From: the human T2T-CHM13v2.0 reference genome, Homo sapiens
DNA: 64,000 nucleotides
NCBI RefSeq assembly: GCF_009914755.1
Contig: NC_060925.1
Reading direction: 5' to 3' (one strand)
Below, one piece after another: positions 44,459 to 58,200 of the stretch. A program made the translations under genes and the position numbers. A model generated the notes under the pieces. The model was not told the origin of the DNA and did no database searches. It was given only the letters and a program-made list of their open reading frames with translations. How positions within the stretch are numbered: the first letter of the stretch is position 1; each line of letters begins with the position of its first letter.

Positions 44459-46211
44459 GAATTCAAAGGAATCATCATCAAATGGAACCGAATGGAATCC
44501 TCATTGAATGGAAATGAAAGGGGTCATCATCTAATGGAAGCGCATGGAATCATCATCAAATGGAATCGAATGGAATCATCATCAAATGGAATCTAATGGA
44601 ATCATTGAACAGAATTGAATGGAATCGTCATCGAATGAATTGAATGCAATCATCGAATGGTCTCGAATGGAATCATCTTCTAATGGAAAGGAATGGAATC
44701 ATCGCATAGAATCGAATGGAATTATCATCGAATGGAATCGAATGGTATCAACACCAAACGGAAAAAAACGGAATTATCGAATGGAATCGAAGAGAATCTT
44801 CGAACGGACCCGAATGGAATCATCTAATGGAATGGAATGGAATAATCCATGGACTCGAATGCAATCATCATCGAATGGAATCGAATGGAATCATCGAATG
44901 GACTCGAATGGAATAATCATTGAACGGAATCGAATGGAATCATCATCGGATGGAAACGAATGGAATCATCATCGAATGGAAATGAAAGGAGTCATCATCT
45001 AATGGAATTGCATGGAATCATCATAAAATGCAATCGAATGGAATCAACATCAAATGGAATCAAATGGAATCATTGAACGGAATTGAATGGAATCGTCATC
45101 GAATGAATTGACTGCAATCATCGAATGGTCTCGAATGGAATCATCTTCAAATGGAATGGAATGGAATCATCGCATAGAATCGAATGGAATTATCATCGAA
45201 TGGAATCGAATGGAATCAACATCAAACGGAAAAAAACAGAATTATCGTATGGAATCTAAGAGAATCATCGAATGGACCCGAATGGAATCATCAAATGGAA
45301 TGGAATGGAATAATCCATGGACTCGAATGCAATCATCATCGAATGGAATCGAATGGAATCATCGAATGGACTCGAATGGAATAATCATTGAACGGAATCG
45401 AATGGAATCATCATCGGATGGAAATGAATGGAATCATCATCGAATGGAATCGAATAGAATTATGGAATGAAATCCAGTGTGATCATCATCGAATGGACCC
45501 GAATGGAATCATCATCCAACGGAAGCTAATGGAATCAACATCGAATGAATCGAATGGAAACACCATCGAATTGAAACGAATGGAATTATCATGAAATTGA
45601 AATGGATGGACACATCATCGAATGGATTCGAATGGAATCATCGAATAAAATTGATTGAAATCATCATCAAATGGAATCGAATGGTATCATTGAATGGAAT
45701 CGAATGGAATCATCATCAGATGGAAATGAATGGAATCGTCATAGAATGGAATCGAATGGATTCATTGAATGGAATCAGATGGAATCATCGAATGGACTGG
45801 AATGGAATCATTGAATGGACTCGAAAGGGATCATTATTGAATGGAATTGAATGGAATCATCGAATGGTCTCGATTGGAATCATTACCAAATGGAATCGAA
45901 TGGAATCACCGAATAGAATCGAATGGAACAATCATCGAATGGACTCAAATGGAATTATCCTCAAATGGAATCGAATGGAATTATCGAATGCAATCGAATA
46001 GAATCATCGAATGGACTCGAATGGAATCATCGAATGGAATGGAATGGAACAGTCAATGAACTCGAATGGAATCATCATTGAATGGAATCGAATGGAATCA
46101 TCGAGTGGAATCGAATGGAATTATGATCAAATGGAATCGAATGTATTCATCATCAAATGGAATCAAAAATAACCATCATCAATTGGTATTGAATGGAATT
46201 GTCATCAAATG
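44459..46211 (+). repeat. 1753-bp unit (23-bp deletion), copy 2
   Basis: Spacing 44619 to 46372 = 1753; same junction at ~45978. Confidence 0.93.
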
Positions 46212-49200
46212 GAATTCAAAGGAATCATCATCAAATGGAACCGAATGGAATCCTCATTGAATGGAAATGAAAGGGGTCATCATCTAATGGAATCGCATGG
46301 AATCATCATCAAATGGAATCGAATGGAATCATCATCAAATGGAATCTAATGGAATCATTGAACAGAATTGAATGGAATCGTCATCGAATGAATTGAATGC
46401 AATCATCGAATGGTCTCGAATGGAATCATCTTCTAATGGAAAGGAATGGAATCATCGCATAGAATCGAATGGAATTATCATCGAATGGAATCGAATGGTA
46501 TCAACACCAAACGGAAAAAAACGGAATTATCGAATGGAATCGAAGAGAATCTTCGAACGGACCCGAATGGAATCATCTAATGGAATGGAATGGAATAATC
46601 CATGGACTCGAATGCAATCATCATCGAATGGAATCGAATGGAATCATCGAATGGACTCCAATGGAATAATCATTGAACGGAATCGAATGGAATCATCATC
46701 GGATGGAAATGAATGGAATCATCATCGAATGGAAATGAAAGGAGTCATCATCTAATGGAATTGCATGGAATCATCATAAAATGGAATCAAATGGAATCAA
46801 CCTCAAATGGAATCAAGTGGAATCATTGAACGGAATTGAATGGAATCGTCATCGAATGAATTGACTGCAATCATCGAATGGTCTCGAATGGAATCATCTT
46901 CAAATGGAATGGAATGGAATCATCGCATAGAATCGAATGGAATTATCATCGAATGGAATCGAATGGAATCAACATCAAACGGAAAAAAACGGAATTATCG
47001 AATGGAATCGAAGAGAATCATCGAATGGACCCGAATGGAATCATCTAATGGAATGGAATGGAATAATCCATGGACTCGAATGCAATCATCATCGAATGGA
47101 ATCGAATGGAATCATCGAATGGACTCGAATGGAATAATCATTGAACGGAATCGAATGGAATCATCATCGGATGGAAATGAATGGAATCATCATCGAATGG
47201 AATCGAATAGAATTATGGAATGAAATCCAGTGTGATCATCATCGAATGGACCCGAATGGAATCATCATCCAACGGAAGCTAATGGAATCAACATCGAATG
47301 AATCGAATGGAAACACCATCGAATTGAAACGAATGGAATTATCATGAAATTGAAATGGATGGACTCATCATCGAATGGATTCGAATGGAATCATCGAATA
47401 AAATTGATTGAAATCATCATCGAATGGAATCGAATGGTATCATTGAATGGAATCGAATGGAATCATCATCAGATGGAAATGAATGGAATCGTCATAGAAT
47501 GGAATCGAATGGATTCATTGAATGGAATCAGATGGAATCATCGAATGGACTGGAATGGAATCATTGAATGGACTCGAAAGGGATCATGATTGAATGGAAT
47601 TGAATGGAATCATCGAATGGTCTCGATTGGAATCATTATCAAATGGAATCGAATGGAATCACCGAATAGAATCGAATGGAACAATCATCGAATGGACTCA
47701 AATGGAATTATCCTCCAATGGAATCGAATGGAATTATCGAATGCTATCGAATGGAATTATCGAATGCAATCGAATAGAATCATCGAATGGACTCGAATGG
47801 AATCATCGAATGGAATGGAATGGAACAGTCAATGAACTCGAATGGAATCATCATTGAATGGAATCGAATGGAATCATCGAGTGGAATCGAATGGAATTAT
47901 GATCAAATGGAATCGAATGTAATCATCATCAAATGGAATCAAAAATAACCATCATCAATTGGTATTGAATGGAATTGTCATCAAATGGAATTCAAAGGAA
48001 TCATCATCAAATGGAACCGAATGGAATCCTCATTGAATGGAAATGAAAGGGGTCATCATCTAATGGAATCGCATGGAATCATCATCAAATGGAATCGAAT
48101 GGAATCATCATCAAATGGAATCTAATGGAATCATTGAACAGAATTGAATGGAATCGTCATCGAATGAATTGAATGCAATCATCGAATGGTCTCGAATGGA
48201 ATCATCTTCTAATGGAAAGGAATGGAATCATCGCATAGAATCGAATGGAATTATCATCGAATGGAATCGAATGGTATCAACACCAAACGGAAAAAAACGG
48301 AATTATCGAATGGAATCGAAGAGAATCTTCGAACGGACCCGAATGGAATCATCTAATGGAATGGAATGGAATAATCCATGGACTCGAATGCAATCATCAT
48401 CGAATGGAATCGAATGGAATCATCGAATGGACTCGAATGGAATAATCATTGAACGGAATCGAATGGAATCATCATTGGATGGAAATGAATGGAATCATCA
48501 TCGAATGGAAATGAAAGGAGTCATCATCTAATGGAATTGCATGGAATCATCATAAAATGGAATCAAATGGAATCAACCTCAAATGGAATCAAGTGGAATC
48601 ATTGAACGGAATTGAATGGAATCGTCATCGAATGAATTGACTGCAATCATCGAATGGTCTCGAATGGAATCATCTTCAAATGGAATGGAATGGAATCATC
48701 GCATAGAATCGAATGGAATTATCATCGAATGGAATCGAATGGAATCAACATCAAACGGAAAAAAACGGAATTATCGAATGGAATCGAAGAGAATCATCGA
48801 ATGGACCCGAATGGAATCATCTAATGGAATGGAATGGAATAATCCATGGACTCGAATGCAATCATCATCGAATGGAATCGAATGGAATCATCGAATGGAC
48901 TCGAATGGAATAATCATTGAACGGAATCGAATGGAATCATCATCGGATGGAAATGAATGGAATCATCATCGAATGGAATCGAATAGAATTATGGAATGAA
49001 ATCCAGTGTGATCATCATCGAATGGACCCGAATGGAATCATCATCCAACGGAAGCTAATGGAATCAACATCGAATGAATCGAATGGAAACACCATCGAAT
49101 TGAAACGAATGGAATTATCATGAAATTGAAATGGATGGACTCATCATCGAATGGATTCGAATGGAATCATCGAATAAAATTGATTGAAATCATCATCGAA

Positions 49201-52200
49201 TGGAATCGAATGGTATCATTGAATGGAATCGAATGGAATCATCATCAGATGGAAATGAATGGAATCGTCATAGAATGGAATCGAATGGATTCATTGAATG
49301 GAATCAGATGGAATCATCGAATGGACTGGAATGGAATCATTGAATGGACTCGAAAGGGATCATGATTGAATGGAATTGAATGGAATCATCGAATGGTCTC
49401 GATTGGAATCATTATCAAATGGAATCGAATGGAATCACCGAATAGAATCGAATGGAACAATCATCGAATGGACTCAAATGGAATTATCCTCCAATGGAAT
49501 CGAATGGAATTATCGAATGCTATCGAATGGAATTATCGAATGCAATCGAATAGAATCATCGAATGGACTCGAATGGAATCATCGAATGGAATGGAATGGA
49601 ACAGTCAATGAACTCGAATGGAATCATCATTGAATGGAATCTAATGGAATCATCGAGTGGAATCGAATGGAATTATGATCAAATGGAATCGAATGTAATC
49701 ATCATCAAATGGAATCAAAAATAACCATCATCAATTGGTATTGAATGGAATTGTCATCAAATGGAATTCAAAGGAATCATCATCAAATGGAACCGAATGG
49801 AATCCTCATTGAATGGAAATGAAAGGGGTCATCATCTAATGGAATCGCATGGAATCATCATCAAATGGAATCGAATGGAATCATCATCAAATGGAATCTA
49901 ATGGAATCATTGAACAGAATTGAATGGAATCGTCATCGAATGAATTGAATGCAATCATCGAATGGTCTCGAATGGAATCATCTTCTAATGGAAAGGAATG
50001 GAATCATCGCATAGAATCGAATGGAATTATCATCGAATGGAATCGAATGGTATCAACACCAAACGGAAAAAAACGGAATTATCGAATGGAATCGAAGAGA
50101 ATCTTCGAACGGACCCGAATGGAATCATCTAATGGAATGGAATGGAATAATCCATGGACTCGAATGCAATCATCATCGAATGGAATGGAATGGAATCATC
50201 GAATGGACTCGAATGGAATAATCATTGAACGGAATCGAATGGAATCATCATCGGATGGAAACGAATGGAATCATCATCGAATGGAAATGAAAGGAGTCAT
50301 CATCTAATGGAATTGCATGGAATCATCATAAAATGGAATCGAATGGAATCAACATCAAATGGAATCAAATGGAATCATTGAACGGAATTGAATGGAATCG
50401 TCATCGAATGAATTGACTGCAATCATCGAATGGTCTCGAATGGAATCATCTTCAAATGGAATGGAATGGAATCATCGCATAGAATCGAATGGAATTATCA
50501 TCGAATGGAATCGAATGGAATCAACATCAAATGGAAAAAACGGAATTATCGAATGGAATCGAAGAGAATCATCGAATGGACCCGAATGGAATCATCTAAT
50601 GGAATGGAATGGAATAATCCATGGACTCGAATGCAATCATCATCGAATGGAATCGAATGGAATCATCGAATGGACTCGAATGGAATAATCATTGAACGGA
50701 ATCGAATGGAATCATCATCGGATGGAAATGAATGGAATCATCATCGAATGGAATCGAATAGAATTATGGAATGAAATCCAGTGTGATCATCATCGAATGG
50801 ACCCGAATGGAATCATCATCCAACGGAAGCTAATGGAATCAACATCGAATGAATCGAATGGAAACACCATCGAATTGAAACGAATGGAATTATCATGAAA
50901 TTGAAATGGATGGACTCATCATCGAATGGATTCGAATGGAATCATCGAATAAAATTGATTGAAATCATCATCGAATGGAATCGAATGGTATCATTGAATG
51001 GAATCGAATGGAATCATCATCAGATGGAAATGAATGGAATTGTCATAGAATGGAATCGAATGGATTCATTGAATGGAATCAGATGGAATCATCGAATGGA
51101 CTGGAATGGAATCATTGAATGGACTCGAAAGGGATCATGATTGAATGGAATTGAATGGAATCATCGAATGGTCTCGATTGGAATCATTATCAAATGGAAT
51201 CGAATGGAATCACCGAATAGAATCGAATGGAACAATCATCGAATGGACTCAAATGGAATTATCCTCAAATGGAATCGAATGGAATTATCGAATGCAATCG
51301 AATGGAATTATCGAATGCAATCGAATAGAATCATCGAAAGGACTCGAATGGAATCATCGAATGGAATGGAATGGAACAGTCAATGAACTCGAATGGAATC
51401 ATCATTGAATGGAATCGAATGGAATCGTCGAGTGGAATCGAATGGAATTATGATCAAATGGAATCGAATGTAATCATCATCAAATGGAATCAAAAATAAC
51501 CATCATCAATTGGTATTGAATGGAATTGTCATCAAATGGAATTCAAAGGAATCATCATCAAATGGAACCGAATGGAATCCTCATTGAATGGAAATGAAAG
51601 GGGTCATCATCTAATGGAATCGCATGGAATCATCATCAAATGGAATCGAATGGAATCATCATCAAATGGAATCTAATGGAATCATTGAAAAGAATTGAAT
51701 GGAATCGTCATCGAATGAATTGAATGCAATCATCGAATGGTCTCGAATGGAATCATCTTCTAATGGAAAGGAATGGAATCATCGCATAGAATCGAATGGA
51801 ATTATCATCGAATGGAATCGAATGGTATCAACACCAAACGGAAAAAAACGGAATTATCGAATGGAATCGAAGAGAATCTTCGAACGGACCCGAATGGAAT
51901 CATCTAATGGAATGGAATGGAATAATCCATGGACTCGAATGCAATCATCATCGAATGGAATCGAATGGAATCATCGAATGGACTCGAATGGAATAATCAT
52001 TGAACGGAATCGAATGGAATCATCATCGGATGGAAACGAATGGAATCATCATCGAATGGAAATGAAAGGAGTCATCATCTAATGGAATTGCATGGAATCA
52101 TCATAAAATGGAATCGAATGGAATCAACATCAAATGGAATCAAATGGAATCATTGAACGGAATTGAATGGAATCGTCATCGAATGAATTGACTGCAATCA

Positions 52201-55200
52201 TCGAATGGTCTCGAATGGAATCATCTTCAAATGGAATGGAATGGAATCATCGCATAGAATCGAATGGAATTATCATCGAATGGAATCGAATGGAATCAAC
52301 ATCAAACGGAAAAAAACGGAATTATCGAATGGAATCGAAGAGAATCATCGAATGGACCCGAATGGAATCATCTAATGGAATGGAATGGAATAATCCATGG
52401 ACTCGAATGCAATCATCATCGAATGGAATCGAATGGAATCATCGAATGGACTCGAATGGAATAATCATTGAACGGAATCGAATGGAATCATCATCGGATG
52501 GAAATGAATGGAATCATCATCGAATGGAATCGAATAGAATTATGGAATGAAATCCAGTGTGATCATCATCGAATGGACCCGAATGGAATCATCATCCAAC
52601 GGAAGCTAATGGAATCAACATCGAATGAATCGAATGGAAACACCATCGAATTGAAACGAATGGAATTATCATGAAATTGAAATGGATGGACTCATCATCG
52701 AATGGATTCGAATGGAATCATCGAATAAAATTGATTGAAATCATCATCCAATGGAATCGAATGGTATCATTGAATGGAATCGAATGGAATCATCATCAGA
52801 TGGAAATGAATGGAATCGTCATAGAATGGAATCGAATGGATTCATTGAATGGAATCAGATGGAATCATCGAATGGACTGGAATGGAATCATTGAATGGAC
52901 TCGAAAGGGATCATGATTGAATGGAATTGAATGGAATCATCGAATGGTCTCGATTGGAATCATTATCAAATGGAATCGAATGGAATCACCAAATAGAATC
53001 GAATGGAACAATCATCGAATGGACTCAAATGGAATTATCCTCAAATGGAATCGAATGGAATTATCGAATGCAATCGAATGGAATTATCGAATGCAATCGA
53101 ATAGAATCATCGAAAGGACTCGAATGGAATCATCGAATGGAATGGAATGGAACAGTCAATGAACTCGAATGGAATCATCATTGAATGGAATCGAATGGAA
53201 TCATCGAGTGGAATCGAATGGAATTATGATCAAATGGAATCGAATGTAATCATCATCAAATGGAATCAAAAATAACCATCATCAATTGGTATTGAATGGA
53301 ATTGTCATCAAATGGAATTCAATGAATCATCATCAAATGGAACCGAATGGAATCCTCATTGAATGGAAATGAAAGGGGTCATCATCTAATGGAATCGCAT
53401 GGAATCATCATCAAATGGAATCGAATGGAATCATCATCAAATGGAATCTAATGGAATCATTGAACAGAATTGAATGGAATCGTCATCGAATGAATTGAAT
53501 GCAATCATCGAATGGTCTCGAATGGAATCATCTTCTAATGGAAAGGAATGGAATCATCGCATAGAATCGAATGGAATTATCATCGAATGGAATCGAATGG
53601 TATCAACACCAAACGGAAAAAAACGGAATTATCGAATGGAATCGAAGAGAATCTTCGAACGGACCCGAATGGAATCATCTAATGGAATGGAATGGAATAA
53701 TCCATGGACTCGAATGCAATCATCATCGAATGGAATGGAATGGAATCATCGAATGGACTCGAATGGAATAATCATTGAACGGAATCGAATGGAATCATCA
53801 TCGGATGGAAACGAATGGAATCATCATCGAATGGAAATGAAGGGAATCATCATCTAATGGAATTGCATGGAATCATCATAAAATGGAATCGAATGGAATC
53901 AACATCAAATCGAATCAAACGGAATCATTGAACGGAATTGAATGGAATCGTCATCGAATGAATTGACTGCAATCATCGAATGGTCTCGAATGGAATCATC
54001 TTCAAATGGAATGGAATGGAATCATCGCATAGAATCGAATGGAATTATCACCGAAAGCAATCGAATGGAATCAACATCCAACGGAAAAAAACGGAATTAT
54101 CGAATGGAATCGAAGAGAATCATCGAATGGACCCGAATGGAATCATCTAATGGAATGGAATGGAATAATCCATGGACTCGAATGCAATCATCATCGAATG
54201 GAATCGAATGGAATCATCGAATGGACTTGAATGGAATAATCATTGAACGGAATAGAATGGAATCATCATCGGATGGAAATGAATGGAATCATCATCGAAT
54301 GGAATCGAATAGAATTATGGAATGAAATCCAGTGTGATGATCATCATCGAATGGACCCGAATGGAATCATCATCCAACGGAAGCTAATGGAATCAACATC
54401 GAATGAATCAAATGGAAACACCATCGAATTGAAACGAATGGAATTATCATGAAATTGAAATGGATGGACTCATCATCGAATGGATTCGAAAGGAATCATC
54501 GAATAAAATTGATTGAAATCATCATCCAATGGAATCGAATGGTATCATTGAATGGAATCGAATGGAATCATCATCAGATGGAAATGAATGGAATCGTCAT
54601 AGAATGGAATCGAATGGATTCATTGAATGGAATCAGATGGAATCATCGAATGGACTGGAATGGAATCATTGAATGGACTCGAAAGGGATCATGATTGAAT
54701 GGAATTGAATGGAATCATCGAATGGTCTCGATTGGAATCATTATCAAATGGAATCGAATGGAATCACCGAATAGAATCGAATGGAACAATCATCGAATGG
54801 ACTCAAATGGAATTATCCTCCAATGGAATCGAATGGAATTATCGAATGCAATCGAATGGAATTATCGAATGCAATCGAATAGAATCATCGAATGGACTCG
54901 AATGGAATCATCGAATGGAATGGAATGGAACAGTCAATGAACTCGAATGGAATCATCATTGAATGGAATCGAATGGAATCATCGAGTGGAATCGAATGGA
55001 ATTATGATCAAATGGAATCGAATGTAATCATCATCAAATGGAATCAAAAATAACCATCATCAATTGGTATTGAATGGAATTGTCATCAAATGGAATTCAA
55101 AGGAATCAATATCAAATGGAACCGAATGGAATCCTCATTGAATGGAAATGAAAGGGGTCATCATCTAATGGAATCGCATGGAATCATCATCAAATGGAAT

Positions 55201-58200
55201 CGAATGGAATCATCATCAAATGGAATCTAATGGAATCATTGAACAGAATTGAATGGAATCGTCATCGAATGAATTGAATGCAATCATCGAATGGTCTCGA
55301 ATGGAATCATCTTCTAATGGAAAGGAATGGAATCATCGCATAGAATCGAATGGAATTATCATCGAATGGAATCGAATGGTATCAACACCAAACGGAAAAA
55401 AACGGAATTATCGAATGGAATCGAAGAGAATCTTCGAACGGACCCGAATGGAATCATCTAATGGAATGGAATGGAATAATCCATGGACTCGAATGCAATC
55501 ATCATCGAATGGAATGGAATGGAATCATCGAATGGACTCGAATGGAATAATCATTGAACGGAATCGAATGGAATCATCATCGGATGGAAACGAATGGAAT
55601 CATCATCGAATGGAAATGAAAGGAGTCATCATCTAATGGAATTGCATGGAATCATCATAAAATGGAATCGAATGGAATCAACATCAAATGGAATCAAAAG
55701 GAATCATTGAACGGAATTGAATGGAATCGTCATCGAATGAATTGACTGCAATCATCCAATGGTCTCGAATGGAATCATCTTCAAATGGAATGGAATGGAA
55801 TCATCGCATAGAATCGAATGGAATTATCATCGAATGGAATCGAATGGAATCAACATCAAACGGAAAAAAACGGAATTATCGAATGGAATCGAAGAGAATC
55901 ATCGAATGGACCCGAATGGAATCATCTAATGGAATGGAATGGAATAATCCATGGACTCGAATGCAATCATCATCGAATGGAATCGAATGGAATCATCGAA
56001 TGGACTCGAATGGAATAATCATTGAACGGAATCGAATGGAATCATCATCGGATGGAAATGAATGGAATCATCATCGAATGGAATCGAATAGAATTATGGA
56101 ATGAAATCCAGTGTGATCATCATCGAATGGACCCGAATGGAATCATCATCCAACGGAAGCTAATGGAATCAACATCGAATGAATCGAATGGAAACACCAT
56201 CGAATTGAAACGAATGGAATTATCATGAAATTGAAATGGATGGACTCATCATCGAATGGATTCGAATGGAATCATCGAATAAAATTGATTGAAATCATCA
56301 TCGAATGGAATCGAATGGTATCATTGAATGGAATCGAATGAAATCATCATCAGATGGAAATGAATGGAATCGTCATAGATTGGAATCGAATGGTTTCATT
56401 GAATGGAATCAGATGGAATCATCGAATGGACTGGAATGGAATCATTGAATGGACTCGAAAGGGATCATGATTGAATGGAATTGAATGGAATCATCGAATG
56501 GTCTCGATTGGAATCATTATCAAATGGAATCGAATGGAATCACCGAATAGAATCGAATGGAACAATCATCGAATGGACTCAAATGGAATTATCCTCAAAT
56601 GGAATCGAATGGAATTATCGAATGCAATCGAATGGAATTATCGAATGCAATCGAATAGAATCATCGAATGGACTCGAATGGAATCATCGAATGGAATGGA
56701 ATGGAACAGTCAATGAACACGAATGGAATCATCATTGAATGGAATCGAATGGAATCATCGAGTGGAATCGAATTGAATTATGATCAAATGGAATCGAATG
56801 TAATCATCATCAAATGGAATCAAAAATAACCATCATCAATTGCTATTGAATGGAATTGTCATCAAATGGAATTCAAAGGAATCATCATCAAATGGAACCG
56901 AATGGAATCCTCATTGAATGGAAATGAAAGGGGTCATCATCTAATGGAATCGCATGGAATCATCATCAAATGGAATCAAATGGAATCATCATCAAATGGA
57001 ATCTAATGGAATCATTGAACAGAATTGAATGGAATCGTCATCGAATGAATTGAATGCAATCATCGAATGGTCTCGAATGGAATCATCTTCTAATGGAAAG
57101 GAATGGAATCATCGCATAGAATCGAATGGAATTATCATCGAATGGAATCGAATGGTATCAACACCAAACGGAAAAAAACGGAATTATCGAATGGAATCGA
57201 AGAGAATCTTCGAACGGACCCGAATGGAATCATCTAATGGAATGGAATGGAATAATCCATGGACTCGAATGCAATCATCATCGAATGGAATCGAATGGAA
57301 TCATCGAATGGACTCGAATGGAATAATCATTGAACGGAATCGAATGGAATCATCATCGGATGGAAACGAATGGAATCATCATCGAATGGAAATGAAAGGA
57401 GTCATCATCTAATGCAATTGCATGGAATCATCATCAAATGGAATCGAATGGAATCAACATCAAATGGAATCTAATGGAATCATTGAACAGAATTGAATGG
57501 AATCGTCATCGAATGAATTGACTGCAATCATCGAATGGTCTCGAATGGAATCATCTTCAAATGGAATGGAATGGAATCATCGCATAGAATCGAATGGAAT
57601 TATCATCGAATGGAATCGAATGGAATCAACATCAAACGGAAAAAAACAGAATTATCGAATGGAATCGAAGAGAATCATCGCATGGACCCGAATGGAATCA
57701 TCTAATGGAATGGAATGGAATAATCCATGGACTCGAATGCAATCATCATCGAATGGAATCGAATGGAATCATCGAGTGGACTCGAATGGAATAATCATTG
57801 AACGGAATCGAATGGAATCATCATCGGATGGAAATGAATGGAATCATCATCGAATGGAATCGAATAGAATTATGGAATGAAATCCAGTGTGATCATCATC
57901 GAATGGACCCGAATGGAATCATCATCCAACGGAAGCTAATGGAATCAACATCGAATGAATCAAATGGAAACACCATCGAATTGAAACGAATGGAATTATC
58001 ATGAAATTGAAATGGATGGACTCATCATCGAATGGATTCGAATGGAATCATCGAATAAAATTGATTGAAATCATCATCGAATGGAATCGAATGGTATCAT
58101 TGAATGGAATCGAATGGAATCATCATCAGATGGAAATGAATGGAATCGTCATAGAATGGAATCGAATGGATTCATTGAATGGAATCAGATGGAATCATCG

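Larger units (their letters stand above)
31089..49195 (+). repeat. Tandem duplication of a five-unit block, period 8857 bp (5x1776-23)
   Basis: Private variants recur at +8857: GGATTCGAAAGG (~31635/40492), AACGAATAGAA (~33297/42154), CGAAAGGAATCAAC (~34405/43262), GAAGCGC (35683/44540), TCTAAGAG (36400/45257), 23-bp deletion (~37121/45978), ACTCCAAT (~37802/46659), TGCTATC (~38888/47745), CATTGGAT (~39619/48476). Confidence 0.93.
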
